Notes: generated from the sequence alone by a model not told the origin. Positions 1 through 17,373 are shown, counted from the first letter of the stretch. The stretch: 64,000 bases of DNA from Eledone cirrhosa (GCA_964016885.1 OZ024741.1:128526001-128590000), one strand, 5' to 3'. Translations and numbers: made by a program.

Positions 1-143
1 AAGAAATTATGTACTTTTACAGGTACATTTATACAATTGTCTACCTATTTCCCTAGCTATCTAGCTGTTATTTGTAAAACCCCCGCCGTCACGTCTTGTA
101 AGGTCCCACTTCTTCTGCACCCTTGTGGCAAATAAAGAGGTCA

Positions 144-184
<41 letters not shown>

Positions 185-185
185 A

Positions 186-390
186 CTCTTCGTACTCCTG
201 GAGATGAGGGTTGCACATTTTTTCGGGGGTATGTGTTACCCATATGAAATGTCTCCCCCTTTTGGGGAAAATCGATTAATTTTTAAATTGCATTTGTGAT
301 AGTATTTTATACGTTTTTATTGTATGTAAACTTCCCCCTTTGTATTTGTCCCCTTCTTTTGTGCCCCTGTGGCTAATAAAGAAACATATC
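186..390 (+). mobile_element. 3' UTR fragment of Tx1/L1-type LINE ending in (TCTA)n
   Basis: Reverse complement of 24865-25065, the 3' end of the zf-RVT LINE; ends gctaataaagaaacatatctatct. A shorter related end lies at ~70-145. Confidence 0.7.
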
Positions 391-541
391 TATCTATCTA
401 TCTAGTCCCCTACTTATCTATCTATATATATATATCCTTCTCTCTCTTTATCTCTATCTCTATCTAGCTATACTTTATGCTTATCTATCTTTCCAACTAT
501 CCATCCATCCATCCATCTATCTACTTCTCTCTCTCATTCTT

Positions 542-574
<33 letters not shown>

Positions 575-597
575 TTATCTATCTAACTATATGTTTG

Positions 598-773
<176 letters not shown>

Positions 774-872
774 ATGCGAGAGATAGGTAGATAGATCGAT
801 AGATAGACAGGTGGAAAGATAGATAGCATAAAGTATAGATAGATAGAGATAAAGATAAAGAAAGGGGGAGAA

Positions 873-963
<91 letters not shown>

Positions 964-1118
964 GAGGTAGGGACTAGATAGATATCTATCTATCTATATC
1001 TCTGTATATCGATCTCTCTCTGTCTTTCTCTCCATCTCTATCTATCTATACTTCATGCTCTCTACCTAAATAATTTGATTCATTTCGTTTCCCATTTTTT
1101 CTCTGTCTCATGCCATAC

Positions 1119-1212
<94 letters not shown>

Positions 1213-2045
1213 CTATCTATCCTCTTTCTCCTCCAGACACATCGTCACCAATGCATTCCTTTTGTTACAGGAAATGCACTGATACACATGCAACCTAGTT
1301 TACATGCATGCATACAACCAGCTAGCTATGCACATACATGCATATATACATACATATTTGCCCACAAGCATCCATGCATACACATACACACATACACATT
1401 CATTCTTCAGCAACACTCATATATACACACAGCTTCAATATTTCGCTAACATATGCACTCATATAGAAACATACTCTGCTTGACACACTAACATACTAAC
1501 ATACATGTGCATCTTGGAATAGACACATAATTTCCAGCTATGCATACACATGCACCTACAAACCTGAGCTAATAATTTTGCTTTATGCTTGTCCATTGAA
1601 TCTTTTCTGGTTTGTCTTCTCTTTTTATCGCTTCTTCTTCTTCTTCTTCTTCTTCTTCTTCTTCTTCTTCTTCTTCTTCTCCTCCTCCTCCTCCTCCTCC
1701 TCCTCCTCCTCCTTTCTTCTTCTCGTTTATGAGTGGATCTGAGATTGTTGTCGTTCGCCTGATTAAGACAAGTGATCAGTTTCTAGGACCCACCATGAAA
1801 AGGTCGACAAACATAGACCTCATCTAATCCTATGATGACAACATCTCCTCGTTCATTTGTGGATCTCCTGGCAACTGTACATCTCAATCGTTCATGTACA
1901 ACTCACAAACGGAACATTTCAATGATTGGTTGCAAAGCTCAAACGAAATTCGACTGGAATGCTTTTTCGTTTTTTATCGTTCTCAAAACCCCAGTCACGT
2001 ATCAATCATGTTCTGTCAGAGCATCACTACCTCTCATTAATTAGA

Positions 2046-2264
2046 GGGCGGTGGATTGGCAGTATCAGTAGAGGGTCGGACAACATACTTTGTGACATAC
2101 AGTAACGGCCCTTTACGTTCTGAGTTCAAATCCCGCCGAGGTTAGTTTTGCTTTTCATCCTTACAGGGTCGATAAAATAAAGTACCAGTAATGCACTGGA
2201 GTCGATTCAATCTACTTTCCCCCTCCCCAAAATTAACTTTGTACCGAAATCAGAAACCATTAAT
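2046..2264 (+). mobile_element. tRNA-derived SINE, family 1
   Basis: A-box-like tggcagtatcagtag, B-box gagttcaaatccc, conserved body tttcatccttacagggtcgataaaataaagtaccag; more than 15 copies in the window. Confidence 0.85.
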
Positions 2265-2379
2265 TAGAACCCACCAGTTTTTGCTTTGTATGTAAATGAC
2301 CTTTATCAGTCAATGTCCATAAGCATAAATACGGTAAGCTTTTAGCTTATTTTTGTCTTTGGATCCCAGCAGATTTAAT

Positions 2380-2420
2380 CCTTCTGAAGACGGTTAACGA
2401 GCCAGAAACGGCCGTTAGGG
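2380..2420 (+). ncRNA. Minimal type I hammerhead ribozyme (PLE-type)
   Basis: cctt-CTGAAGA-c-ggtt(aacg)agcc-a-GAAA-cggccg-TT-aggg: stems I and II pair, palindromic stem III; ~150 nt tail then (TA)n. Confidence 0.65.
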
Positions 2421-2768
2421 TGCTCTCCCTTGGTTGCGCCATTTCTAATATTCATAGCAAGGCTGTAAAAATGTTTATTTAAATGAACATTTTGTATATG
2501 ATTCAATATACAACCCTACTCACGTATAAATCATACTATGTTAGAGAATCACTACCTTTCATTCATTAATATATATATATATATATATATATAAACACAT
2601 ACATATATATATATATTTTTCAATCTAGCTAACTTGGTCATTTGCAATACGAACACATGTATACTTGTATCAGTGTTTATCCCTATCATATATTCATTTG
2701 TATTACACGGCTCAGAAATATTCCTTTCTTTGAGCTAATTAATTGTAAAAGACTATTTGAGTTTATAA

Positions 2769-2855
<87 letters not shown>

Positions 2856-2915
2856 CATACATACATACATACATACATACATACATACATACATACATAC
2901 ATACATACATACATA

Positions 2916-4890
2916 ACATACGAAATAAGTGAGGATACCCTTGAGACTGTGATAGGAAAACTCCAAGATAAGAAAACACCAGGAAGAGACATGATTGTCG
3001 GCTACTGGTACAAAAAACTAATATTCTATCGGAGGTATCTTACTGACCTCTACCAACAAGTTCTTAAGGGAGATACACTTATACCAGAATGGTTGACATT
3101 AGCACAAACATTATTGGTCCCCAAGAACACAGACAACCACTTGGCAAAAAACTACAGACACATTGCAGGCCAGAACCTGATGTATAAGATGTATACAGCC
3201 TGCCTGAACCTATTCCTCCAAGATCACTGTGAAAATAATAACATCATCACAGATAAACAAGCAGCTGGAAAGAAAAGGGTTTGGGGATGTGCTGAACAAC
3301 TCCTAATCAACAAAACTGCGATGTCGGAGGTGCGACAACTTAGGAGGAATATGACGACAGTCTGGCTGGACTACAGGAAAGCTTTCGATTCTGTTCCCCA
3401 CTCTTGCATGATAGAGGCCCTCCAACTTGCTAAAGTCCCAGACATTATTGTCAGAGCCATAGAGAGACTGTCTTCTTCTTGGGCTACTATCCTAAAGTTA
3501 AAAACAGAGAAGGAGGACTCTATTTTCACTGATAAAATAAAATATCGCAGGGGTATATTTCAGGGGGACAGTCTCTTTGTGATATTATTCATCCTGTCAT
3601 TAAACCCCTTGTGATTTCATCCCAAGAAATGTGGAGGATACATCATTGGCTCACAGGAGGACAGAAATACGAACCTAACCCACAATTTCTTTGTGGATGA
3701 TCTGAAACTCTATGCCAAGAACATGGATGGGATGAAGAAAAATATTATATAAATGATCTGGTTACAATGTTCTCAAAGGATATAGAGATGGAGTTTGGCC
3801 AAGATAAATGCTTATATATGACTGTAAAGCGGGGAAAAACAACAACCCAATCTAGCAACATTGTCATCAATGGCCTAACTGTTTCACCGATATCTGATGA
3901 GGACTGCTACAGATATCTGGGGATAGATGAGAACATATCCTATAATGGTATCTGTAATAAAGAACGCGTAACCAGGGAATACTACACCCGATTAAGAAAG
4001 AGCTGGTCATCGGAACTCTCTGCGCAAAACAAAACAGTGGCTCACAATGTGTTTGCTGTGCCTGTCCTAACACCAACGTTTGGAATACTCAATTGGACGA
4101 TAGACGAAATCCGAGCAGTTGATGTTAGAACTCGAAAAATACTAAACAACACCAGAAACTTCCACATCAACAGTGACATAGACCGCCTTTACTTGAAACG
4201 TAAGCAGAGAGGCAGAGGCCTAACATCAGTCCAGACAACATTTGAATGTCGCATCATATCCCTCCGACAACATCTACAAACCTCGAAGCAAGTCTATCAG
4301 CATGAAATAGATAAGATCATGAGAGTTGGGAAGGAACTCCTCGAGAGATATTACCTGTGTGATAATAAAAAAACTCACACCCAGGGAAGTCGCTCAGCAG
4401 TATCGCAGTGAATCCATGGATGAAAAACTGCATGCTTAGCAGCAAAAAATCATGCATGGATATGTTGCCAGGAAGCTCCAGAGTGAGAGTAATATAGATA
4501 AGGAAAGTAGTCTATATTGGACCAACAACTGCTATATTGGCTCCCACTTTGAAGGATAAGCTTTTGAAATCCAAGAGCAGGAAATCAACACGAAATACCT
4601 GATTCACAAAAGAGATAGGGATGCAGGCAAAACACCTAGATGTGCAGACAAACAAGTGCAGACTCTGCAGAACTAACATCGAGGATATCACCCATGTCAT
4701 CAGCAGCTGTCCAAAGATGTCATCGCGGTACTATCTACCTATGAGGCATGATGTAGTGGCCAAAACACAGTACAATGCAATCCGTAGAAAAGATAACCCC
4801 GATAATAAACACATTAAAAGCTACAACAATGTGGAAGACACCCATGTACATAATATGAAAGAGTACTGGTGGAATGTTCCACACAACTAG
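2916..4890 (+). pseudogene. Truncated, frameshifted R4/Dong-like (RLE-clade) non-LTR retrotransposon ORF
   Basis: RT motifs [31 protein letters not shown] (~3690), YRYLGI, GRGL; then CCHC knuckle CRLC..HVISSC and RHD motif. Split over ORFs 2949-3614, 3767-4411 and 4621-4890; starts right after (CATA)n. Confidence 0.9.
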
Positions 4891-5208
4891 TTAGGAAATT
4901 ACAAGTACAATCCATTAATGGAACAGTAAAAATATGTAAAACATTCCAAACATTTTGCATCTAATAACTGCATATACACATGAACAGATACAAAGCATAT
5001 ACACAAGCACACATACAACTCAAAACATCCACATCCACACATACAATAACATCCATATCTACACAAGCATGCATGCAGGCATGCATACATAATCTACCTA
5101 GTTGATGTTGTTGAAATTCCAATGAGAGTCTTGTGTTTATGTTAGAAACCGACTCTCTCTCTATTGGTAAAAATGTGTGAAATTATAAAACCAGAAGAAC
5201 ATACATAC

Positions 5209-5210
<2 letters not shown>
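4891..5210 (+). repeat. ~320 bp repeat ending in (CATA)n; second copy at 63630-63940
   Basis: Near-identical text ggaaattacaagta...aaaccagaagaacatacatac at both loci, each adjacent to R4-like LINE sequence. Confidence 0.8.
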
Positions 5211-5268
<58 letters not shown>

Positions 5269-5367
5269 ATACCCATCTTTTTCCGTTCAGTGCGTTTATA
5301 CGTCTCGTTATTATTAGACTATTTTATTTAGTCAAAGTTACGGCGAGATTTTCTAAATCAATATATA

Positions 5368-5444
5368 CAGGGTGTCCCCAAAAAGTGTATACACATATTT
5401 ATTAGAATGATATTGAAATGTGATTACATTTTTTGGACACCCTG
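5368..5444. mobile_element. Tc1/mariner-type MITE
   Basis: TIR cagggtgtcc/ggacaccctg flanked by TA; related copies at 22540, 42761 and 44071. Confidence 0.8.
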
Positions 5445-5497
5445 TATGTATGTATACACACACCCACATACACACACACACATATATATACACACAT

Positions 5498-5546
<49 letters not shown>

Positions 5547-5830
5547 AATATATATATACATACACACACACACACACACACATATATATACACGCACGTC
5601 AGTATTTCGCCCTATTTTTGACGTCCTATTTTCATTGTTATTTGGGAATAACAATGAAATGTCTAATACAATGCAGGGAACTCTGTTCGTATGACGGAGG
5701 GTCTTTTTGTGGGAAGTTATTCTGCTGATGCATATATCATTTGCAAATATAAATTGCCACATAAACACGTTAGTGCATACATGCATATGGCATATGTGTG
5801 TGTGTGGAAATACATGATACCTATTTGTAT

Positions 5831-5908
<78 letters not shown>

Positions 5909-6104
5909 GCACGCACACATGTCTCTCTATTTTCCCCGTCTGTTTTATGTTATATGTTACAAGATATTAGGGTCTTGTAGTCTCCATAACATTATCGTTT
6001 AAGGGTACGCTCGGATACGTTTTTTTCGCACCAACTTTCATTGAGCGGTTATGTTGCATCGTGGTCACAATTATTGTATATCGATCTAAATTTCCGTTAT
6101 ATGT

Positions 6105-7135
<1,031 letters not shown>

Positions 7136-7231
7136 TAACATGAATATAACAACTTCACAGTTAAAGAACTAATAAATGTTTGTCCTTTAACTACGAAATT
7201 GTTACATTCATGTTACTTATTATATTATATA

Positions 7232-8316
7232 CTAGCTGAATGACCCGGCGTTGCCCGGGTTACTGCTGTTCTTATTCAGATTAGTAAACAATAAATTTGA
7301 AGATATATTTTTTTTCTCATAAATATTCCAAAATCTCTATATTTTATAATAAAAATATCAAAATTGTAATGATAATAGAATTTAGAAATGAAAATCTGTC
7401 TATCTTGAAACACCTCAGGGTAAACAATATTCATTGTGTAATTTTTTGTTGGTGTCCAAATGAATAAATTGTTGCTGCTTCCATCCCGTGAGCAACCAAC
7501 ATATACGTGTATATATACATAAGCATATGTATATATACAACCAACATAGAGTTAACATGTAGTAGAGAGATCAAGCCCAACTACCTTGAGGGACTGAGCC
7601 TGAGATTTGTTAATTGACACATACACTCACACAAACATACACTTATAAAAACACACACACAGACATACATTCATACAAACACACAGTTTCACCCACCAAC
7701 AGACACGCATCCACTCACACAAACATACATTTATAAAAAAAAAAACACAGACATACATTCATACAAACACACACAGTTTCACCCAGGAACAGACACAAAC
7801 TTATAAAAAACACACGCATACATACATTCATACAAACACACGCAGTCCCCCCCCCACACACACACACTCTCTCACATACACTCACACGCATATACTTGTC
7901 AGTCATCACATGGGTAGAAGTGTATGTGTGTATTTAATTCTCTGTGTATCTGATTAAATATTTACATGAAGATATGTGTGTATGTAACTTACTAAGGCCT
8001 AACGTACGTAACGAACGCGCAAACACACACACACTCACAGACACATACGCACGCATGTACAAAATGTGACGTCGTCGTCGTAGTGTTATAAAATATCCGT
8101 TTATTATAGTTGACTATAATATATTATTTTAGATAAAATGTTATATTGTTTTGATCCAAATGAAAATAAAAATTACATGTTGTTAATCCCCGGATCTAAT
8201 ACTATTACTTTGTAAAATTTAATTTGATTTGATTTGGTCGAGCGGTTTGAGAGTGCATGATGAAAAGACAGACGAACAGACAAACAGATAGACAGAGGAT
8301 TTTATATATAGAGAGA
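7232..8316 (-). mobile_element. Non-autonomous Helitron with helicase C-terminal remnant
   Basis: Minus strand begins TC (TCTCTCTATATATAAA), ends with hairpin acccgggcaacgccgggt then CTAG, and sits between A and T. 7405-7620 translates to SINKSQAQSLKVVGLDL and YVGCSR..NIVYPEVF (PIF1-like motifs V/VI). Confidence 0.9.
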
Positions 8317-8454
8317 TATAAAGACTCCTGGAATTACCATCATTGTACCCACAGAAACACTATGACAATTGATTCACTTGACGAGTCAAAATCCATTGCA
8401 TGTTGACATTGTCTTCGATTTCCCCTAACAAAATCTCATCACTACTATATATTT

Positions 8455-8516
<62 letters not shown>

Positions 8517-9194
8517 CATATATATATAATATATTTAGAAACACACAGATACATGCGGACACACACATATACATGAATGCATCCGCACCCAACCGTGAGT
8601 TAAGGATGCCAACTTCACCGATGTTGCTCAATGAATGACTGGGACAGACCAATCCGGTTGAACTAGACTGAACCAGTATCAGAGTTAAAAATACATTATG
8701 AAGAGAGAAGAAACATTTAGATATAATTAGTAATAAAATGTATCATACCTAAACTGCTCCTAGATTCCTCGACTACGTAGTTTCGTGGCATAAACAAAAA
8801 CAATACATCATAAAGATATAGAGTCCTTGCGAGGTCTGCCGACTTATCAAGAGGATACCTCATTTTACTAGTCTCAAGAACGCGTCTACACGACGTGAGA
8901 AAGAATCCCAAGAGATAGTCACGCGATATAATGGTCGAGAAACAGAGCTAAGCCTCTTATAACACCGAAGAAAATACCACGGAGGCGGAGGGGGTATTTA
9001 TATCGAAGCCGCAGAAGAGGTGGTGAAGGAGGCGAGAAGTATGAGTAATGGAAGCTTTCCAGCAGTCCCCACACTTCAAAGATTGCTCGATATACATATA
9101 TATCCCTTTACGATCGACTTTCGTCAAATCGGACCGAGAAAACAATGTTTCCGTTGGTCTTTCCAATTGCTAATACTATCTATCGGTCGCAACT

Positions 9195-9322
9195 CCAGGT
9201 AGAAGGAGCAACGTGAAATAAAGTGTCTTGCTCGAGGACATAACGCATCGCCTGGTCCAGGAATCGAACTCACAACCTTTCGATTGCGAATCCAATTCTC
9301 TAACCGCTGAGCCACACGCCTT
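9195..9322 (-). mobile_element. tRNA-derived SINE head (family 2-like)
   Basis: Minus strand gtggctcagcggttag...gagttcgattcc (A/B boxes) followed by tcctcgagcaagacactttatttcacgttgctcc. Confidence 0.75.
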
Positions 9323-9850
<528 letters not shown>

Positions 9851-10098
9851 TTTGATTTCGCATCAATTTTAGTCATTTATCTCCACCTCTCACCTTTAAA
9901 TATTTTCCTCGTTATACAACTTATCTATTATTTATATAGAATCTTCCTAACCGCTATTATTTATATAGAATCTTCCTAACCGATCCTGCCTGCCATTAAA
10001 ATGTGTATTATGGATTTTATTTTTTTTTCAAAGTAGTTTTCGTTATTTGCTAATTAGGCGATTCTGTTTGAATTCGAGAAAGTATATTCACATACATG

Positions 10099-10143
<45 letters not shown>

Positions 10144-11293
10144 TTATGTATATATAAAAGACAAACGCAGTGATGTAATTACAAAGTCTTATTAGTTTCG
10201 CGCTTGTTGGAAAAGAAAAAAAAATGTTATTTCTAAACGCATCGGACGTTAGTTCTTCATCAGTTGGGAAAAGTTTGGGCAAAGATGAAATTGGAAAGTG
10301 TAAGTAAAAGATAAACAAAACATGGGTGAGGTGCGCAGGTAAGTAGTCAGGTGTGCTGAGGTGGTGACAGGCTTCCGGGTCTATCATGGGTGCTGATATA
10401 AGTGTGTGTGAACGTGGTGCATTTTGTGTGTATGTATGTGTGTGTGTGTATGCATGTGTGCGCGTGCGTGTTGTTTTCATTTGTAGTTAGTTTGTTTGTG
10501 TCTTTGTATGTGCAGGCGCATGTGTGTGTTGCGCGTGTGTAGGGGTATATGTGTCCGGATGGTGTGTATGTTGCTAGTGTATGTGTCTGGAGGTATTGTC
10601 AGTATGTATGCGCGTGTTTGTGTGTGTGTATATGTGTATATAGATACACATGATTAGATGTATATATATATGTGTGTGTTTGTGTGTGTGTAAGTGTTTA
10701 TGTGTATGTGCATTTATATTTGTGTGTGTGTGTGTGTGTGTTTATGTGTGTATATATGTGTGTGTGTGTGTGTGTGTATGTACGTATGTATATGTGTATA
10801 TGTGTGTGTATGTATGTGTATATGTGTGTGTATGTGTGTGTGTAGATGGTGGGTGTTGTAGCTTGTTTGAAGTATTGTGGAAAATGTAAAAAAAACACTT
10901 TTAGTGGAATACCACAAGCAAATATTAAATTAATGATAACGAAGATATCACATATGAATGTATATTACACACACACACATATATATACATACATACATAT
11001 ATATACATATATATAGATATATACATATATATAGATATATACATATATATAGATATATACATATATATAGATATATACATATATATATATATACATACAT
11101 ATATATATACATATTTATACATATATATAGAGATATACATACATATACATATATATATATATACATATCCATACATATATGTATACATATATATACATAT
11201 ATATATACATATACATATATATACATATTTATACATATATATATATATATATATATGTGTGTGTATACACTCACACACACACGCACAAATATA

Positions 11294-11354
<61 letters not shown>

Positions 11355-12247
11355 GTGTGTGTGTGTGTGTGTATATACATATATATATGTATATACACAC
11401 ACACACACACACAAATATATATATATGTATATATACACACACACACACACACAAATATATATTTATATAGTATATATGCTTATACATATTTGGTATATAA
11501 TATCAATTAAACGTGACACATAATATTTATAGATAAAATAAAATATTTTTCAAGGTTATCTTATCACCTGCTCTACCTACTATTTCAGTATTTATGCCAT
11601 ACCACCGTTATCCAGACACACGCTAATGAGTGTCTGTCTGTCTGTCTGTCTGTATGTATGTATGTATGTATCTATGTATATGTGTGTGTATCTATGTATA
11701 TACATATTCTTATGTATATATACACATATATGTTTTGTTGTATATAAATGTGTGTTTAAATATGTATGTATACATAATACACACACACACACGTATATGT
11801 ATATATGTAACGGTTAAGACTTTTGTGATATACTTAAATTCAAATATTTAATTTATACTACACATATATACAAAATAGGGAGCACACAGGACAGAGCCAA
11901 TGGACAAACCCCCCCCCCCCCCCAAAAAAAAAAAACAGAAAGACGAACAGTCCCATTTCCTCAGTCAACCCCTGTAAATCACAACGGTTTCAGTGCATTA
12001 CAGTTGATATTAATCATCCCAGTACACTTTGGGACACAACAAACGAGGCAGAGTCAAGTTATGCTTTTAGGTAAATTACACAAATATAGAGTGCGCAAGG
12101 TCATAGTAAAAAGAGAAAAATATAGAAAGGAGAGAAATAGTAAAACAAAAGAGAATAAGGACTGTAGTCCAACTTGCAGACGAAGAAGAAAGACATTGGG
12201 GCGTAGAAAAGGTACGAAGGGAGAATAGAGGAAAAGACACACACACA

Positions 12248-12310
<63 letters not shown>

Positions 12311-12319
12311 GTATAGATA

Positions 12320-12499
12320 TAATTGTTTCTACTTTAGGCACAAGGCCAGCAATTCACCAGTGCATTACTGGTACTTTATTTTATCGACCCCGTAAGGATG
12401 AAAGGCAAAGTCAACCTCGGCGAGATTTGAACTCAGATCGTAAAGGGACGTAACTATGCTGGAAAGCATGGCGTCCGACCCTCTACTGATACTGCCAAT
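12320..12499 (-). mobile_element. SINE family 1
   Basis: Reverse complement of the 2046/31444 type. Confidence 0.85.
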
Positions 12500-12838
12500 A
12501 TATATAATAAAATAAAACAAGGATGAGTGGTTACTCCTTCATTACGTTTATTGGTTGGTGACGCACGTTTCGCCACTGATCAGCTCAAGGTTCGATCTGT
12601 ATCAATCTAGCCCGATTAGATCGAACCTTGATCGAGATCGGTGGCGAAACGCGCGTCACCAACCAATAAAACGTAACGAAGGAGTAACCACTCGTCTTTG
12701 TTTTATTCTATTATACTCTACTCTGTCAAGCTCTACACCTCGATACAAACGTGAACCTAAACATCGAGTGCTCACCCGGGTGAACTTACAGTAACTCCAC
12801 TCCCTGGAGTGATATATATACAGTAACTTACACTCCCT

Positions 12839-12840
<2 letters not shown>
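12497..12840. mobile_element. Palindromic PLE-like pLTR element, family D
   Basis: Inverted arms ~12497-12612 and 12617-12716 with hammerhead 3' half ggc-GAAA-cgcgcg-TC-acc, then a tail; flanked by TA repeats; homologous to 23131-23365. Confidence 0.75.
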
Positions 12841-12872
<32 letters not shown>

Positions 12873-13553
12873 CATACTACATGTGTTTGCTTGCGCATCC
12901 GTTCGTGCACCACCCTCTACAACACAGGAACACTTCTACGCCCATGCACATACAGCTGCACATGCTTGCACAATCACACGGTGGCGGCCGGGGCCCGCTC
13001 GCGTGTGCAAACGTTTGACCTCACACGCATACACAACCAGCCTACACTACTAATACTCACTAACTCCCCACTATTATGGCCACAACACCTGTAGCTAACA
13101 CCCCACCGCCTCTACGTACGAGCGCCCGTGTGCGCGGACTTGCGTGTGTGTGTGCGTGTGTGTGTGCTCGAGCCCGTGCATGTGTCTGCACTTACGCATG
13201 CAGCCACACATCGTTCGCCAGCAACCACACATCTCGGCCTAACACACATGCTGGCATATATATATATATATAAATAAATATATATCTATCTATATATATA
13301 TATATATAATCATATATATATATCTATATATATAATTTTTCGTTTCTGAATTTGTTTAGCAAGATTCTTTATCTGAAATCGTGTGTTGAAACCGATATTG
13401 TTATACTTTGGGAGGGTCATGTTGCCAATAAGAAACACACGCACCAGTTGCTTTCACTTCAATTTAATTTAATATATATTTATAAATTTACAAATTTATA
13501 AATTTCTGGTTGGTTGGTTGGTTCCACAACCAGATAGTTGTTTATATATATAT

Positions 13554-13598
13554 AGTCATAGTTCTTTCGTCACACACTCTGTGACCTCTTCAGTGACT
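13554..13598 (-). ncRNA. Minimal hammerhead ribozyme (family F, left arm)
   Basis: Reverse complement of 13767-13811. Confidence 0.7.
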
Positions 13599-13766
13599 GG
13601 GGATTTCTTTCTTCGTTTCTGTGCCTTTCCTTTCTTCTATCCTACGCCATTTTGTTTGTGTGTGGGTTGCGTGCTCAGTTTGCGCATGCGCCACATCCGG
13701 GTGTCTGTGTGTGTTTGTGTTCATTTTTCTATTTTAACGAAGAAAGAAACGAAGAAAGAAATCCCC

Positions 13767-13811
13767 AGTCACTGAAGAGGTCACAGAGTGTGTGACGAAA
13801 GAACTATGACT
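13767..13811 (+). ncRNA. Minimal hammerhead ribozyme (family F)
   Basis: agtca-CTGAAGA-g-gtcaca(gagtg)tgtgac-GAAA-gaac-TA-tgact. Confidence 0.7.
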
Positions 13812-13970
13812 ATATATATATAAACAACTATCTGGTTGTGGAACCAACCAACCAACCAGAAATTTATAAATTTGTAAATTTATAAATATATATTAAATTA
13901 AATTGAAGTGAAAGCAACTGGTGCGTGTGTTTCTTATTGGCAACATGACCCTCCCAAAGTATAACAATAT

Positions 13971-15232
<1,262 letters not shown>

Positions 15233-15444
15233 CATGCTCAGAGGTGGGTGAGGTTCTATTACTAAAATGAAAGGCAAAGAAATGGTCTAACCTGCACCCT
15301 TCCGAACCCATAACACAAGCTAGAACGAATTTAAAGAGCTTGCTAGAATCCCGAGACACATATAATTCAATATGCAAAATCAGAACTGATGACTGCATAG
15401 AAGTTAACTGTAGAATCTGAATACACCTGTTCATATATGTTTGT

Positions 15445-15830
15445 TCATACCAATAGCAAGACACGAGTTGTCGCAAATAGATTTGAAACTTTGCAATTTT
15501 CGAAGACATAGCTTCTAGCCTGTAAATAATTCTTTACGAGAGTACTTTCAGATAAATAATTGAACTCTTTTGATACGAACCCGACCAAAACCGACTCTGG
15601 TTCTATTAAACGAAACCATAATAACCATTTAAAGGGTTCCTTTGTCAATTTAAATCTGTCAGCATAATTTTATATAAGAACCATATGTTAAATTACTCTA
15701 GTAATGAAATAATTAATATATTTTATGTATTCTTGTATTTCATTACCAATACAGTCGTGGAGCTGGAGCCAGATTTAAATAACTATCAAACAAATACAAT
15801 GGTGTTTTATTATGAGGTTGTTTTTATATA
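15445..15830 (+). repeat. ~380 bp unclassified dispersed duplicate of 20884-21265
   Basis: Colinear text ccaatagcaagacacgagttgtcg...ttatgaggttgttt at both loci. Confidence 0.85.
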
Positions 15831-16096
15831 AGAACCATATGTTAACCATATTGGTCAACATAACTCGGCTCGGCCTGCAGCTCCGTGGAGAGCTTTAGAT
15901 GATTTGACTAGTACAATGGATATAACTCCAATGAATATAATACAAAAAATTATGGAAGACAGGAAAAAATCGATGTAGTTTTGATATGAATATCTCATCG
16001 AAAGAAAACGAATTTTGTTTTTGTGGAGAAGTGGTGTCTTATTACATGTCGTTGAGTATTCAAAAACTGACAGAGTCAGATATATAAGGATTAATA

Positions 16097-16283
16097 ATTA
16101 TTTCCCATTTTGGCACAAGGCCAGCAATTACCCAGTGCATTACTGGTACTTTATGTTATCGATCTCGTAAGGATGAAAGGCAAAGTTAACCTCGGCGGGA
16201 TTTGAACTCAGAATGGCAAAGGCCGTAACTCTATGCGGCAAAGCATGGCACCGACCCTCTACCGATACTGCCAATCCACCGCC
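16097..16283 (-). mobile_element. SINE family 1
   Basis: Full head and body on the minus strand. Confidence 0.85.
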
Positions 16284-16824
16284 ATATAAGGCTTAATAAT
16301 AAAAACGAATAAGACAAGGTGTAGTATAAGAATTTACAGCAGAATGGATTTATTTTGTCGTGGCTAAATCAATGGAGTTGCATAACTGATATCGATTCGT
16401 CAGTTTATCAATAAAATATGTGTCTATTTTACCCTTTGAAATGACCGTAAAACAACTAAACTTTGACTTCCATATATTTGTGTATGTCTTTATCGCAGGA
16501 GGGATATTACCCAAGCATTTCTCTATATTGCATAGGATATGAAGAATAGCTGAAATAATCTGTCTAATTTGCATGAAGTGCATGGTTTTCGACGTAATTA
16601 AATAAATAATATATATATGCATACTAGAACACTGCATATATTTGAGTATTTTAAGGTCAATTTAATGTTTGTATAACTGGCGTTTATTTTTAATTAGAAA
16701 CATTCGCTGAGAACAAAATAAAGTGTGAATGCTAAACACTTTTAACTATTCCTATCAAAACAGAAAAGCGTGAGACTGTTCTTATACATTTCAGACATTT
16801 TTTGGTCTTCACACACATACATAC

Positions 16825-16896
<72 letters not shown>

Positions 16897-16901
<5 letters not shown>

Positions 16902-17030
16902 AAAGGTAAACAGAAATAACAACACAATCAGTACAGTATATGGAAGGGATATATTTAGGTTAACGCTTGATATAGCAGGAAGAGGGTCTTAACTTTTCGG
17001 ACGGTAGTCCTTGATCAGAAAAAAGAATGA
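16897..17030 (-). mobile_element. PLE-like 3' end, family G, with degenerate hammerhead
   Basis: Minus strand ctgatca-aggac(tacc)gtcc-gaaa; tail matches 41905-42028 and 46665-46750; runs into (CA)n. Confidence 0.6.
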
Positions 17031-17197
17031 GAAATAAGATAGATTGAGGGGACAGGCGGGTTGGAACTGGAAAAAATGTCTTTAGATAAAAATAACAGGT
17101 CCATTCATGTTGACACCTCTTGCAAAACTGTTGGTGCTGGCGTTTTGTATATGATTTATTTTTTAGAAAAGTGGATGATGGAGCGCATCTACCTGAA

Positions 17198-17230
<33 letters not shown>

Positions 17231-17322
17231 CGTGTGTGAGTCCTGGGTTCAATCGGGAGTAACCACAGTAAGTAAGGTACTCAATACATTAGTAGAGTAT
17301 ATACAACATTTAATATAGAAAT

Positions 17323-17373
17323 GGCTTCTACAGGATTAGAACTGTTTCATTCGAAGGAAATCATCAGGAAGCC
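17323..17373 (-). ncRNA. Type I hammerhead ribozyme, family B (intact core)
   Basis: Minus strand ggcttc-CTGATGA-t-ttc(cttc)gaa-t-GAAA-cag(ttctaatc)ctg-TA-gaagcc; element spans ~17240-17375. Confidence 0.85.

Larger units (their letters stand above)
13337..13970. mobile_element. Palindromic PLE pLTR element, family F
   Basis: 13746-13970 is the reverse complement of ~13393-13618; left arm matches the 3' UTR of the GIY-YIG element at 21622-22000. Confidence 0.85.

Noticed and set aside
8717-9202. Short ORFs in unique sequence
   Set aside because: No recognisable motif, and stops interrupt the shared frame.
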